From the IMG/VR virus record IMGVR_UViG_3300042447_000691: a DNA stretch of 64,000 nucleotides. The stretch is one strand, 5' to 3'. Below are positions 52,982 to 62,451 of this stretch, piece by piece. A program made the translations under genes and the position numbers. The first letter of the stretch is position 1; each line of letters begins with the position of its first letter. The DNA comes from a virus. A model generated the notes under the pieces. The model saw nothing but the letters and a program-made list of their open reading frames with translations. It was not told the DNA's origin and ran no database searches.

Positions 52982-53587
52982 ATGGCAAACAAAACTGATT
53001 TTAAAAACTCACCAAAGGTGTTAGGGTTAGATATTTCAACAAAAACTATAGGTTGGTGCCTATTTGATATTCAAACACGAGAATTGTTAGAACTAACACA
53101 TTTCTCACCCGTTATCAAACCAAAAGTTGAGGATAAAATACAAGAATTATTGATGAAAGTGACCATGTTTGAAGAAAAATTGGTTAATTATAAAAATCTT
53201 GGAATAACTAGTGTTATAATAGAAGAACCATTATTAAACTCAAACAATGTTTGGACAGTAGGTACTTTATTACGGTATAACTCAATGATTACGAAGTCAA
53301 TTTACGACACTTTAGGTATCGTACCATCATACATATCAACATACAACTCAAGAAAATATGCTTGGCCTGATTTAGTTATGCCAAACGATAAAGGTAAACA
53401 CGTATTGTTTGGTGGACTACCAAAAGACATAGATAAAAAAGATTTAATTTGGAGGAAAGTTTCAGATAAAGAACCACAAATAACTTGGTTATATACACGG
53501 AACAATACACTTAAAAAAGAGTGTTATGATATGTCCGATTCATATACTTGTGTTCTTGGTTATATGAATCAAGAAAAGATTTGGTAA
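52982..53587 (+). CDS. ruvC: RuvC-like Holliday junction resolvase
   Basis: VLGLDISTKTIG, VIIEE, DMSDS acidic catalytic set. Confidence 0.8.
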   Translation: MANKTDFKNSPKVLGLDISTKTIGWCLFDIQTRELLELTHFSPVIKPKVEDKIQELLMKVTMFEEKLVNYKNLGITSVIIEEPLLNSNNVWTVGTLLRYNSMITKSIYDTLGIVPSYISTYNSRKYAWPDLVMPNDKGKHVLFGGLPKDIDKKDLIWRKVSDKEPQITWLYTRNNTLKKECYDMSDSYTCVLGYMNQEKIW

Positions 53588-53627
53588 CTTTTTTTAATTA
53601 GGTGATATTTATATATAAATTAAAAAT

Positions 53628-54071
53628 ATGAAAAGACTTGTAAGATTATCCGAATCGGATTTAGCGAGAATAGTTAAAAGAGTTATTAAAGAGTCTAAAA
53701 TCGAAACACAAGCCGAAGGTATTTTCGATTACTTCAGTAAAGGAAATGAAGATGATGAAGTTGGTAATGAATTACTATCTGCTATTAAAAATGGTGAAGC
53801 GGAAAACATTGAAGAACTAAAACCTACTGGTGATTATGCTAAATTTATTGGGTTTAAATTTGATATTGATGACCATAAATTTATTGTGAAAAATATACTT
53901 AACCATTTTGATTTTATTAATGAATATTTTTTATCTATTGATGGACAAGAATTAAAGGTAAGTAAAGGTACAATAAAAAAAATAATCAGAGAATTAGAAC
54001 CAATTACGGGTAAATACAAATCTGATGTAAAATCGTCAATCATATCATCATTTAAAGGACGAAAAATATAA
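53628..54071 (+). CDS. Hypothetical protein with an N-terminal LSESDL..IVKRV motif
   Basis: Own TATTTAT motif and downstream terminator; N-terminus resembles that of 20516. Confidence 0.7.
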   Translation: MKRLVRLSESDLARIVKRVIKESKIETQAEGIFDYFSKGNEDDEVGNELLSAIKNGEAENIEELKPTGDYAKFIGFKFDIDDHKFIVKNILNHFDFINEYFLSIDGQELKVSKGTIKKIIRELEPITGKYKSDVKSSIISSFKGRKI

Positions 54072-54096
54072 AATAAATTCTATATTAGATCAATAT

Positions 54097-54124
54097 AAAC
54101 CCACCCCATAAAGGTGGGTTTTTT
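54097..54124 (+). terminator. Rho-independent terminator
   Basis: AAACCCACC-CCATAAA-GGTGGGTTT plus T run. Confidence 0.88.
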
Positions 54125-54129
54125 ATTGT

Positions 54130-54160
54130 TTGACAAAACCGATTCATATACTTATCTTAT
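54130..54160 (+). promoter_or_regulatory. Host-type promoter for the primase operon
   Basis: TTGACA-N17-TATCTT directly after a terminator, the same arrangement as 12455-12515. Confidence 0.65.
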
Positions 54161-54164
54161 GTTT

Positions 54165-55085
54165 ATGGATGATGAATCACTTTTGATAGATTTAATAATG
54201 ACGATGTTTGGTGAACCAAAAAGCATCAACGAATATTCAGGACAAATATCCGTTGATTGTCCGGTTTGTTCGTATGATATTAAAGCGTTATCAAAAACTG
54301 ACGGAAAGGGTAATCTTGAAATAAATTACCAAAACCACGTTTATAAATGTTGGGCATGTTCAGAAACTCACGACACTCACGGACACTTAGGTAAGTTAAT
54401 TGATAAATACGGATCAAAAAAAGACAAAAAAACCTACAAGTTAATCAGACCAGATAAGTTTGAAAAGAAAGAAAAGGTATTTAAAGAGTTAGAACTACCA
54501 AAAGAGTATAAGAAGTTTGAAGAAATCCACCCCCTACATATACCAAGAAAAGAAGCTTTTAACTACCTCAAAAAACGAGGAATAACACAAGAAATAATAG
54601 ATAAATACCAAATCGGAATTTGTATTGAAGGAGAATACTCCGGAAGAATAATAGTCCCATCGTTTAATAAAAAAGGTGATCTAAACTTCTTCGTTTCTAG
54701 ATCTTGGGATCCCAAATCAAGACTTAAATATAAAAACCCCGAAGCTGCGAAGGACTTTTTGATTTTTAATGAAAGTTTGGTTGATTTTAAAAAAGACATC
54801 TATATTGTTGAAGGTGTTTTTGACTCATTCTTTTTGGATAACTCAATAGCATTACTTGGAAAGTACATCAACGACAATATGTGGGAAAAACTATATACCA
54901 AAGCAAAAAAAGATATTATTATCTGTTTGGATGGTGATGCTTATGATGACGCAAAAAAACTATACGATAAACTAAACGGAGGTGCTCTCTACAATAGAAT
55001 AAAACTTGTCAAACTACCAAAAGATAAAGATGTTTGTGATTTAAGAGGTGATATTACTCCGTATTATATACAAGAAAAAAAATGA
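54165..55085 (+). CDS. DNA primase (Zn-binding plus TOPRIM); probable start at 54165
   Basis: CPVC...YKCWAC, YLKKRGI, GRIIVP, IVEGVFD, ICLDGDA, KDVCD. The track start at 54114 lies inside the terminator. Confidence 0.88.
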   Translation: MDDESLLIDLIMTMFGEPKSINEYSGQISVDCPVCSYDIKALSKTDGKGNLEINYQNHVYKCWACSETHDTHGHLGKLIDKYGSKKDKKTYKLIRPDKFEKKEKVFKELELPKEYKKFEEIHPLHIPRKEAFNYLKKRGITQEIIDKYQIGICIEGEYSGRIIVPSFNKKGDLNFFVSRSWDPKSRLKYKNPEAAKDFLIFNESLVDFKKDIYIVEGVFDSFFLDNSIALLGKYINDNMWEKLYTKAKKDIIICLDGDAYDDAKKLYDKLNGGALYNRIKLVKLPKDKDVCDLRGDITPYYIQEKK

Positions 55086-55957
55086 ATTTAAAAGAAATAG
55101 CAAAAGTTGCGGAAGATATAAGGAATGTCTTATCAATAAGACGAAATGAGTTAAATTTATCTTTTGAAGAAGAAGGTCACGAATATACTATGATGGATGT
55201 TGATGGAAAAATTAAAAAAGATTTTCCATCGGTTTCAAAAGTAATGAAATTATTTTATGATGAATTTCCTACTGAGGAGGCGGCAAGAGCAAAGGCGAAG
55301 GGAGATCCTTATGTGATGCAAACATTACTAGCTGAATGGGAAGAGATGGGTAAGATATCCACAAATATGGGTAGCCGGGTTCACTACGAATTAGAGATTG
55401 AAACCTTAAAAAGGTGTGGACTTAATAAAGAGGTAAGGCAACCGATATATGAGTGCGATATGGAAATGATTATGAAAGGTGATCGTATGATTAGGGCTGG
55501 ATATAATTTTTTAAAACTAATGGAAGAAAGGGGTGCGGTGTTAATTGATACGGAAATAGTATTAGGAGACCCCGAACTGGGTTATGTTGGTCAGGGAGAT
55601 ACTTGTTGGTTAATTATGAATAAAAGTAAAACCGGATATGGATTTATTATTACTGACTATAAATCAAACAAAAAGAAAAATATGGAAACCAATAACTACA
55701 CAAAACCAATGAGAGAACCATTCAAACACTTACCAAACAACGCTCTTGGACACTATAACACACAGTTACCATTATATGGTAAATTATTATTAAAAATGTT
55801 AAGAGGTACAAAGTACGAAAACTTACCGCTTTTAGGTTGTATTATTGTCCACCTTACAGACGAACAAGAATTTATAGAATACCGAGTATCAAAAGAAGAT
55901 ATTGACACAATATTGAAAATGGACATAAAACCAAAGTTGACAACATTAAAAAAATAA
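55082..55957 (+). CDS. Solo Cas4/RecB-like PD-(D/E)xK exonuclease
   Basis: GSRVH, E....GQGD...ITDYKS, HYNTQLPLY. Confidence 0.8.
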   Translation: MNLKEIAKVAEDIRNVLSIRRNELNLSFEEEGHEYTMMDVDGKIKKDFPSVSKVMKLFYDEFPTEEAARAKAKGDPYVMQTLLAEWEEMGKISTNMGSRVHYELEIETLKRCGLNKEVRQPIYECDMEMIMKGDRMIRAGYNFLKLMEERGAVLIDTEIVLGDPELGYVGQGDTCWLIMNKSKTGYGFIITDYKSNKKKNMETNNYTKPMREPFKHLPNNALGHYNTQLPLYGKLLLKMLRGTKYENLPLLGCIIVHLTDEQEFIEYRVSKEDIDTILKMDIKPKLTTLKK

Positions 55958-55965
55958 ATTATATT
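55937..55965 (+). promoter_or_regulatory. Host-type promoter
   Basis: TTGACA-N17-TATATT, 5 nt before the ATG at 55971. Confidence 0.6.
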
Positions 55966-55970
55966 AAACT

Positions 55971-56060
55971 ATGGAAAGTACAATAACACCTATATGGTAC
56001 ACCAACACAAGTTGGGACAATACAACAATTAAAATAAACATAAATTATATTATAAAATAA
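55971..56060 (+). CDS. Small ORF absent from the track, 29 aa (MESTITPIWYTNTSWDNTTIKININYIIK)
   Basis: Begins just after the promoter; TAATG coupling to 56060. Confidence 0.45.
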   Translation: MESTITPIWYTNTSWDNTTIKININYIIK

Positions 56061-56272
56061 TGGACGAAATAATCAAACCAAAAATCAATCTAAAAGATCA
56101 ACCAACCGTTGAGTGTGAGAAATGTAAATCAATTTACTTTAAAGAAGTAACGATTTTGAAAAAAGTACCAAAGTTATTGACTGGTAGTCACGAAGATACG
56201 ATAGTACCCTTCCCAACTTATATGTGTAATGATTGTGGTAATATAAACGAAGACTTTAAATTATTTGATTAA
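56060..56272 (+). CDS. Zinc-ribbon protein
   Basis: CEKC...CNDC. Confidence 0.75.
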   Translation: MDEIIKPKINLKDQPTVECEKCKSIYFKEVTILKKVPKLLTGSHEDTIVPFPTYMCNDCGNINEDFKLFD

Positions 56273-56273
56273 T

Positions 56274-56498
56274 ATGGGAAAAAAATTAGTATGGTTTGAA
56301 TCTTACACAACAATTTGTAAGTATTCTGCCGAGTTAACAGATGAAGAAGCGAAACTGTTTGAAGAAGATGAAGACAAGTTTTATGAAGAAGTTGATTTCA
56401 GAGGAGATCAAGAATTGGAGTGGGATAAAATTGAAAATGAGGATGAATACGATTTTAGTATAGAGGAGGATTTTAGTATTGAGGGGGGTTTACTATGA
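56274..56498 (+). CDS. Small acidic hypothetical protein; probable ATG at 56274
   Basis: Very Asp/Glu-rich; coupled to both neighbours. Confidence 0.65.
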   Translation: MGKKLVWFESYTTICKYSAELTDEEAKLFEEDEDKFYEEVDFRGDQELEWDKIENEDEYDFSIEEDFSIEGGLL

Positions 56499-56728
56499 CA
56501 CACAAAGAATTTTATATTTGGTTGGAGGGGTTTATGACTAATAGATCTTGGGTAACATTTAAAGAAACGGATGTTGAAAGTATTAAAGAAAAAATGAATG
56601 AAGTTAAAGATGTTGATCCATTTTTTCCTAATCCAAGAACGACAGTTCCTTCACCATTTAATCCGGTTATTATGCCGTTAAAAAATAATGATGACCCACA
56701 TAAACCACCTTTTGATATTACTTGTTAA
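56495..56728 (+). CDS. Hypothetical protein (77 aa)
   Basis: ATGA overlap with the upstream stop. Confidence 0.65.
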   Translation: MTHKEFYIWLEGFMTNRSWVTFKETDVESIKEKMNEVKDVDPFFPNPRTTVPSPFNPVIMPLKNNDDPHKPPFDITC

Positions 56729-56744
56729 ACAAAATAAAAATTAA

Positions 56745-57524
56745 ATGATAAAAAAACTAGTACATTTTTCGGATCTTCACGTAAAATTATTTAAAGATCA
56801 CGACCAATACAGAAAGATATTGGAGAACGCGATCGACCAATGGAGAGAATTAGAACCTGATAGAATTGTTTTTACTGGTGATTTAGTTCACTCTAAAAAT
56901 CAAATGACACCTGAACTTATTGAGTTTGTTGCTTGGATATTAACTGAATGTGTAAATATTGCAAAAACAATCATTATACCTGGTAATCACGACTTTCTCA
57001 CCGGTAATATTGAAAGATTGGACGCATTAACACCTATCATTAATTCGTTAAATGACCGAAACATTCATTATTACAGGGATCGTGGTGTTTATGAAGACGA
57101 TAATATTAGTTGGTGTGTGTATTCTCAATATCAAGGAAATATCCCCCCCGACATTACCGAGGCGAAAGGAAAAAGAATTGGTTTATTTCACGGACCAATA
57201 CAAGGGATGAAAACAGATTTAGGTTTTGACTTTGGAGAAGAAGCATATGACATTGAAAAATTTAATGGACTTGAAGTCGTTTTATGTGGGGATATCCACA
57301 AAAGACAAGAATTTAAGTTCAAAACGGGGAAGGGTCATATGGTAGGATCAACAATCCAAAACAACCTTGGTGAAAGTATTACAAAACATGGGTATGGTAT
57401 TTATGATGTTGAAACAAAGGAATATAATTATGTTGATTTATTCAACCCAAAACCGTTCTTAAAATTTTCAATAAAATCTTTTGAGGATATTGAAAACGGA
57501 ACTGAAAAATTATTAAATATTTAA
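56745..57524 (+). CDS. sbcD: SbcD/Mre11/gp47-like metallophosphoesterase nuclease
   Basis: HFSDLH, TGDLVH, PGNHD, FHG, GDIH motifs; an SbcC gene lies downstream. Confidence 0.85.
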   Translation: MIKKLVHFSDLHVKLFKDHDQYRKILENAIDQWRELEPDRIVFTGDLVHSKNQMTPELIEFVAWILTECVNIAKTIIIPGNHDFLTGNIERLDALTPIINSLNDRNIHYYRDRGVYEDDNISWCVYSQYQGNIPPDITEAKGKRIGLFHGPIQGMKTDLGFDFGEEAYDIEKFNGLEVVLCGDIHKRQEFKFKTGKGHMVGSTIQNNLGESITKHGYGIYDVETKEYNYVDLFNPKPFLKFSIKSFEDIENGTEKLLNI

Positions 57525-57569
57525 TTGATATTATTCACACTTTTTAATTTATTAGGATATTTATATTAT

Positions 57570-57731
57570 ATGGGAAGATTAAAAATAAAAGATGACGATA
57601 AAAAAACTAAAGTATCTGTCGCACTTGAACCGGAATTACTAAAATTTTATCGGTCATTACATATTAATTTATCTTCTTTGGTTAATAAATTACTTAAAGA
57701 TTATAAAGATGAAAAATACAAAAATTTGTAA
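57570..57731 (+). CDS. Small ribbon-helix-helix-like DNA-binding protein; probable start at 57570
   Basis: KTKVSVALEPELL...NLSSLVNKLL pattern; TATTTAT at 57558; overlaps the HNH gene. Confidence 0.55.
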   Translation: MGRLKIKDDDKKTKVSVALEPELLKFYRSLHINLSSLVNKLLKDYKDEKYKNL

Positions 57732-58335
57732 TGTTTGTGGAAATCAAAAAATGTTAAATGAATTTCATTTAAGACCCGATTCAAAAGACGGTTTAAGAAA
57801 TGAATGTAAAAGTTGTACTAGAAATCGGGTTAACAATTACCGAAAGATAAATAAAGAAAAAACCAATAATTGGAATAAATCAACTTATCACAGAAACATT
57901 GAAAAACACAAAGAAACTAAAAAAAAATATAGAGATAAAACCAAAGAAGAACAAAAAAAACGAGCTAAAAAATATAGAGAAAATAATAAAGAAAAAATAA
58001 ACAATTACTCTAAAAATAGAAAAAAATACGACATTGAATTTAAAATAAGATGTAATGTTAGGAGTAGGGTGAAAAATTTTTTAAAAAGTAAAAATATAAA
58101 AAATAATAATACAACTTTTAAAATTGTTGGATGTGAACCATCAAAATTGAAAGAACATCTTGAAAAACAATTTAAGGATGGGATGAGTTGGGAAAATTAC
58201 GGATTGAACGGGTGGCATATTGACCATATAATACCATTAATAAGTGGTATTACCGAAAATGAAATATATCAATTATGTCATTTTACAAACTTACAACCTT
58301 TATGGTGGTATGAAAATTTAGAAAAAAGATATTGA
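57709..58335 (+). CDS. HNH homing endonuclease
   Basis: CNVC..CKSC zinc ribbon, basic helical linker, WHIDHIIPL...CHFTNLQPLWWYENLEK. Confidence 0.85.
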   Translation: MKNTKICNVCGNQKMLNEFHLRPDSKDGLRNECKSCTRNRVNNYRKINKEKTNNWNKSTYHRNIEKHKETKKKYRDKTKEEQKKRAKKYRENNKEKINNYSKNRKKYDIEFKIRCNVRSRVKNFLKSKNIKNNNTTFKIVGCEPSKLKEHLEKQFKDGMSWENYGLNGWHIDHIIPLISGITENEIYQLCHFTNLQPLWWYENLEKRY

Positions 58336-58337
58336 AA

Positions 58338-58913
58338 ATGGAACCGAAGTACTCAGAAATATTTAATAAAACCATTTTAAAATCGGTATCTGAATATTGT
58401 AAACTAAACAGTGTTGAAGATGTTGATGGGTTTATTAAAAAATGTTTTGACACCGGATTTAATATTCAGAAATACGGACTTTTAGGAAAAACGGGTATTG
58501 TTGGTGAAAAACAGGTAGAAATTGAGGTAATCCGTGAAATACGGGTGGAAGTACCGGTTGAAGTGATTAAAGAAGTTGAAAAAATTGTCACAAAAATAGA
58601 ATATATTAGTGACAAAACAGGTGAAAACGAACTGTTAAGTAAAATTGAACAGTTGGAAGACGAAATGTCTAAAAAGGATAAAGAATTAGACGAAGTTAGA
58701 CGTAATTTAGACGTAAACTTAGACATTACCGTAACAAATGATAAGGTAAAAATGTTACAAACAACCATTCAAAACCTTACTTCGGAGGTTAGAGAATTAA
58801 AAAAGAAAAACGAAGAATTAGAAAAACAATTGTTAGACATACCAAAACAACTTGGCGATATTCCCGCCAAGTTCCACGGTAGTTCTAACCTAAACGATGA
58901 TTTATACAAATAA
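58338..58913 (+). CDS. Coiled-coil hypothetical protein
   Basis: VEVIKEVEKIV repeat-like segment and a heptad-rich C-terminal half. Confidence 0.65.
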   Translation: MEPKYSEIFNKTILKSVSEYCKLNSVEDVDGFIKKCFDTGFNIQKYGLLGKTGIVGEKQVEIEVIREIRVEVPVEVIKEVEKIVTKIEYISDKTGENELLSKIEQLEDEMSKKDKELDEVRRNLDVNLDITVTNDKVKMLQTTIQNLTSEVRELKKKNEELEKQLLDIPKQLGDIPAKFHGSSNLNDDLYK

Positions 58914-58914
58914 T

Positions 58915-59265
58915 ATGAACTTAGTAATTTGGGCAATGGTTGCCTACGGAATGACAAACATTTTGGTCTACGGATCAATTTTTAACGGATTTAGACAATC
59001 CATTCACAATTGGGGTAACGACCCATTATCCCCCTTCAACTTCTTAGGTAAGTTCTTATCAGGACTAATCTCTTGTGTTTTATGTACTGGAACGTGGATT
59101 GGTTTTTTCCTATCATTAACTTATTTCTCACCAAATGTTGATATTATTGGACTTAACAAATTTTTATCAGTATTCTTTGATGGTATGTTATCTGCCGGTT
59201 TAGTATGGGCGATAAATGCGGTGATAGAATGGTTTGAAGAAAATAGACCGAGTAATAATAAATAA
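58915..59265 (+). CDS. DUF1360-like small membrane protein; probable start at 58915
   Basis: Three hydrophobic segments; LISCVLCTGTWIG (CxxC...W) motif. Confidence 0.65.
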   Translation: MNLVIWAMVAYGMTNILVYGSIFNGFRQSIHNWGNDPLSPFNFLGKFLSGLISCVLCTGTWIGFFLSLTYFSPNVDIIGLNKFLSVFFDGMLSAGLVWAINAVIEWFEENRPSNNK

Positions 59266-59279
59266 AACAAAACAAAAAA

Positions 59280-59534
59280 ATGGGAAAAGCAGCAAAGGCT
59301 CATAGAGCGAAAGTGGCGAAAAGAAACGTCAATGTTAAAGTACAAGAAAAGAGAATGCAAAAAGTTTGGCAAGAGGCTTTTGAAGAACAAATGAATGTTA
59401 TGAAAGAGAAATTTGCAGCAATGTCGGGCGATACGATGTCAGGATTAACAGGATTATTTGGAGATGAGCAAGAAGAAACAATACAGGAAGAATCCGAACC
59501 AGCAGAACCTATTTCAGGAGATCAAACCGTTTAA
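59280..59534 (+). CDS. Hypothetical protein with a basic N-terminus and acidic C-terminus
   Basis: A-rich leader; MGKAAKAHRAKVAKRN. Confidence 0.65.
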   Translation: MGKAAKAHRAKVAKRNVNVKVQEKRMQKVWQEAFEEQMNVMKEKFAAMSGDTMSGLTGLFGDEQEETIQEESEPAEPISGDQTV

Positions 59535-59544
59535 TTATACAACA

Positions 59545-61878
59545 ATGACAAAAGAAATAGACTTTTCAAAGTTTGAAAACCCCAACATCCAAGTTGTGTG
59601 GGAAGATTACAATGAAAATTTTACTCAAGACAGGATCAAAAGTGTTAAACACTATTTTCAAAAAAAATATAACACAACTAATGTAAACGTCATAACAAAG
59701 GCTAAAGTTCAGAAAGAAGACGGAGAACAAACGGTAGATGTGTCTGTAAATATTATGGACACAAACTACCAAGTAGAACTACTTAAACAGTTTCTAACAA
59801 GTAAAAATTACGACAAACACTTGGATGAGATTTTGAATCATAATAAAATGGTTGAAAATAAAATGCAAGAAACTGAAACGGATAGTGCGGTGTTTAAAAA
59901 GTGGTATATTAAAAATATTGAGTTTTCAAACTTCCTTTCATATGGAGAGAACCAAGTCGTTGATTTTGAAAAAAGTAATGGACTAACGGTTATTGAGTCT
60001 AATCCACCAAACTTCGGTGGTAAAACTGTATTGTCAGTGGATCTATTATTGTTTTTATTCTTTAACGAAACAACAAAAACAACAAAAGCGGAAGAGATAT
60101 TTAACCGGTTTACAGATAAAGATAAAGTGACTGTTAAGGGTGAAATCATCATCGACGGTGAGGAATACATCATCGTAAGAAACATTGAAAGAAAGTTATC
60201 CAAAAAAGGTGAATGGAACGTTAAAACGGAATTGGACTTCTTTAAAAAAATGGCTGATGGAACCTTACAAAACTTTACCGGAGAACAAAGAAGAGAAACG
60301 GAAAAATTCATTAAAGATTCGATCGGAACAAAAGAAGACTTCTTAATGACAATCCTTACAACGGCAACGAACCTTGAAGAATTAATAGACTCCAAACCAA
60401 CGGCAAGAGGTCAGGTACTTTCGCGTTTTATGGGTCTTGATTTTTTAAGAAGAAAAGAGGACGCAGCAAAGTCAATCTATTCTGATTTTTCAAAATCAAT
60501 GTTATCAAACATCTATAACACAGAACAGTTAAAAACGGATAACGAAAATAACGAAACAAAAATCACCGAATTGAGAGATAATCTCAAAACGTACAAAGAT
60601 GATCTTAAAACCATCGAAGAAAACATCGTAAAGGGTAAGGACTATCGAGACGATATGTTAAGAAAAAAACATACCGACATTGATGTTGAAATAAGTAGAT
60701 TAAACCCAAGTCAAGTTAGACAAGAAATTGAAAATCACGAGTACCAGGTTGAACAAACAAAAACGAAACTTAATGAACTTAACGTCGTTGAACCAAAAGA
60801 GTACTACAAAGAGGATGAGCACGATAAGGTAAAAGAAGAATATAATGTTGCGTTTAAAGAGAAAGTTCAGTTGGATACAAAAATCTCTGAGATTGAGAAA
60901 TTAAGATCTTCTGTTAAAGACGGGATCAAATGTGAGCACTGCGGAATTGACTTGATGAATGCTAGTATTACACAACAAAAAATATCTGAACTTGATGGTT
61001 ATATTAGTCAAAAAGGGGAAAAAGAGGGGTTAATGACTGTTTTAACAAGCAAAGAAAAAAGATTTGTTGATATTAAAAGACAATTTGATGAGTATGAGAA
61101 AAACAAACTAATCAAAGAAAAACACGAAGCAACAATTGAGAACTATCAGTTGAAAATAGGTGGACTTCAGACAAAACTTACAGAATATGATAAGATGTTG
61201 GATAAAATCAAGGCTAACGAACATATCGATACGATGTTGATCAAAGCGAATATGAGGTTGGAAGATTTGGATAGACAAAAAACTCAAAAACAAAATCAGA
61301 TTAATAATGATGAGTATTCAATTAAAACGTTAGAAGAAAAAATCAAAACAAACCTGAATAACATTATTAAAATTGCTGAAGAACAAGAAAAAGAAAAAAT
61401 ATATAAGATTTTCTTGGAAGCATACGGTAAAAACGGAATCTCAAAGATCATTATGAAAACAATGATTCCACTTATTAATTCGGAACTTCAAAGATTGATG
61501 GAGGAGAGTGCGTATTTCAAACTACAAATACAAATCAACGATAAAAATGAGGTTGAGTTTAATATGATTGATAACGGAACGGGTATTGAAAAACTTATGG
61601 CTTCGGGATCAGGGTATGAAAGAACAATAGCGTCATTGGCATTAAGATCGGTATTAAGTAAGATATGTAGTTTGCCAAAACCAAATATTGTAGTTTTTGA
61701 TGAAATATTTGGTAAGATCTCAAATGATAATTTGGAGATGGTGCATAGTTTCTTTGTTGCCATTAAAGACTTCTTTCCTACCATTTTACTTATCAGTCAT
61801 AACCCGATAGTGAATAATTGGGGGGATAACACAATAAAAATCGTAAAAGAGGACAATATTTCAAAAGTTTTTCAGTAA
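59545..61878 (+). CDS. sbcC: SbcC/Rad50/gp46-like SMC ATPase with an N-terminal extension; probable start at 59545
   Basis: IEFSNFLSYG, Walker A NFGGKT, coiled coils, zinc hook CEHC, signature ASGSGYE, Walker B VVFDEIFG, H-loop LISH. Confidence 0.9.
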   Translation: MTKEIDFSKFENPNIQVVWEDYNENFTQDRIKSVKHYFQKKYNTTNVNVITKAKVQKEDGEQTVDVSVNIMDTNYQVELLKQFLTSKNYDKHLDEILNHNKMVENKMQETETDSAVFKKWYIKNIEFSNFLSYGENQVVDFEKSNGLTVIESNPPNFGGKTVLSVDLLLFLFFNETTKTTKAEEIFNRFTDKDKVTVKGEIIIDGEEYIIVRNIERKLSKKGEWNVKTELDFFKKMADGTLQNFTGEQRRETEKFIKDSIGTKEDFLMTILTTATNLEELIDSKPTARGQVLSRFMGLDFLRRKEDAAKSIYSDFSKSMLSNIYNTEQLKTDNENNETKITELRDNLKTYKDDLKTIEENIVKGKDYRDDMLRKKHTDIDVEISRLNPSQVRQEIENHEYQVEQTKTKLNELNVVEPKEYYKEDEHDKVKEEYNVAFKEKVQLDTKISEIEKLRSSVKDGIKCEHCGIDLMNASITQQKISELDGYISQKGEKEGLMTVLTSKEKRFVDIKRQFDEYEKNKLIKEKHEATIENYQLKIGGLQTKLTEYDKMLDKIKANEHIDTMLIKANMRLEDLDRQKTQKQNQINNDEYSIKTLEEKIKTNLNNIIKIAEEQEKEKIYKIFLEAYGKNGISKIIMKTMIPLINSELQRLMEESAYFKLQIQINDKNEVEFNMIDNGTGIEKLMASGSGYERTIASLALRSVLSKICSLPKPNIVVFDEIFGKISNDNLEMVHSFFVAIKDFFPTILLISHNPIVNNWGDNTIKIVKEDNISKVFQ

Positions 61879-61905
61879 AAGTGAAACCAATTTGAATTTT
61901 ATACG

Positions 61906-61913
61906 TATCTTTG
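61906..61913 (+). promoter_or_regulatory. Bacteroidota-type -7 promoter element
   Basis: TATCTTTG exactly matches TAnnTTTG, 4 nt before the ATG at 61918; no correctly spaced -33 element seen. Confidence 0.5.
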
Positions 61914-61917
61914 TAAT

Positions 61918-62451
61918 ATGAGAACAAAAGAAGAGTGGGAAAACAGATATCAGTGCGTTAAAAGACTTATGTCTGTTATGGATACACTTTCTGAAGATTT
62001 TGAAGGTAACGATAGAATTTTAGAAACATGTGCAACCATGTTAAGAAATCCCGTTATATTTGATAATAATGTTAAGGTAGTCAAAACAAGGCTACCTTAT
62101 TCTATTGAAAATATGAATCAAGAAACTGAGGACCATTTAATTGGTATTAGTAACATTGTATTATACATATACAAAAGAAAGTTACATAATAAGTGGAATA
62201 ATGTTGAAGACTTTAAAAAAACATTAAAGGCGTTGAATGTATTATTACCGATAGAAAAAAGTTTGAATAATAGTAAAGTTTTTAAACACCAGTGGAGTTT
62301 TAGTTATGATGATATTGAATCATGTATTATGTGGGACAAAAAATTGGAGTCCGTAGGTATAACAGAATTGATATGTGACGAAACAAATGAAAAGGTTTCT
62401 GTAACAAAAATTAGAGAGACTTGGTATAAAGAAAACGAAGAATATTTATAA
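61918..62451 (+). CDS. Hypothetical protein, possibly HNH-like (EDH...LN)
   Basis: Clean ORF upstream of the methyltransferase; the nuclease hint is weak. Confidence 0.55.
   Translation: MRTKEEWENRYQCVKRLMSVMDTLSEDFEGNDRILETCATMLRNPVIFDNNVKVVKTRLPYSIENMNQETEDHLIGISNIVLYIYKRKLHNKWNNVEDFKKTLKALNVLLPIEKSLNNSKVFKHQWSFSYDDIESCIMWDKKLESVGITELICDETNEKVSVTKIRETWYKENEEYL

Noticed and set aside
54114-54164. Longer primase N-terminus as given in the ORF track (similarly 39860, 57525, 58897 and 59458)
   Set aside because: These upstream starts fall inside terminators, promoters or neighbouring genes; the downstream ATGs have better context.
55082-55957. CRISPR-Cas locus suggested by the Cas4-like gene
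   Set aside because: No cas1/cas2 genes and no repeat-spacer array were seen; solo Cas4-like nucleases are common in phage replication blocks.
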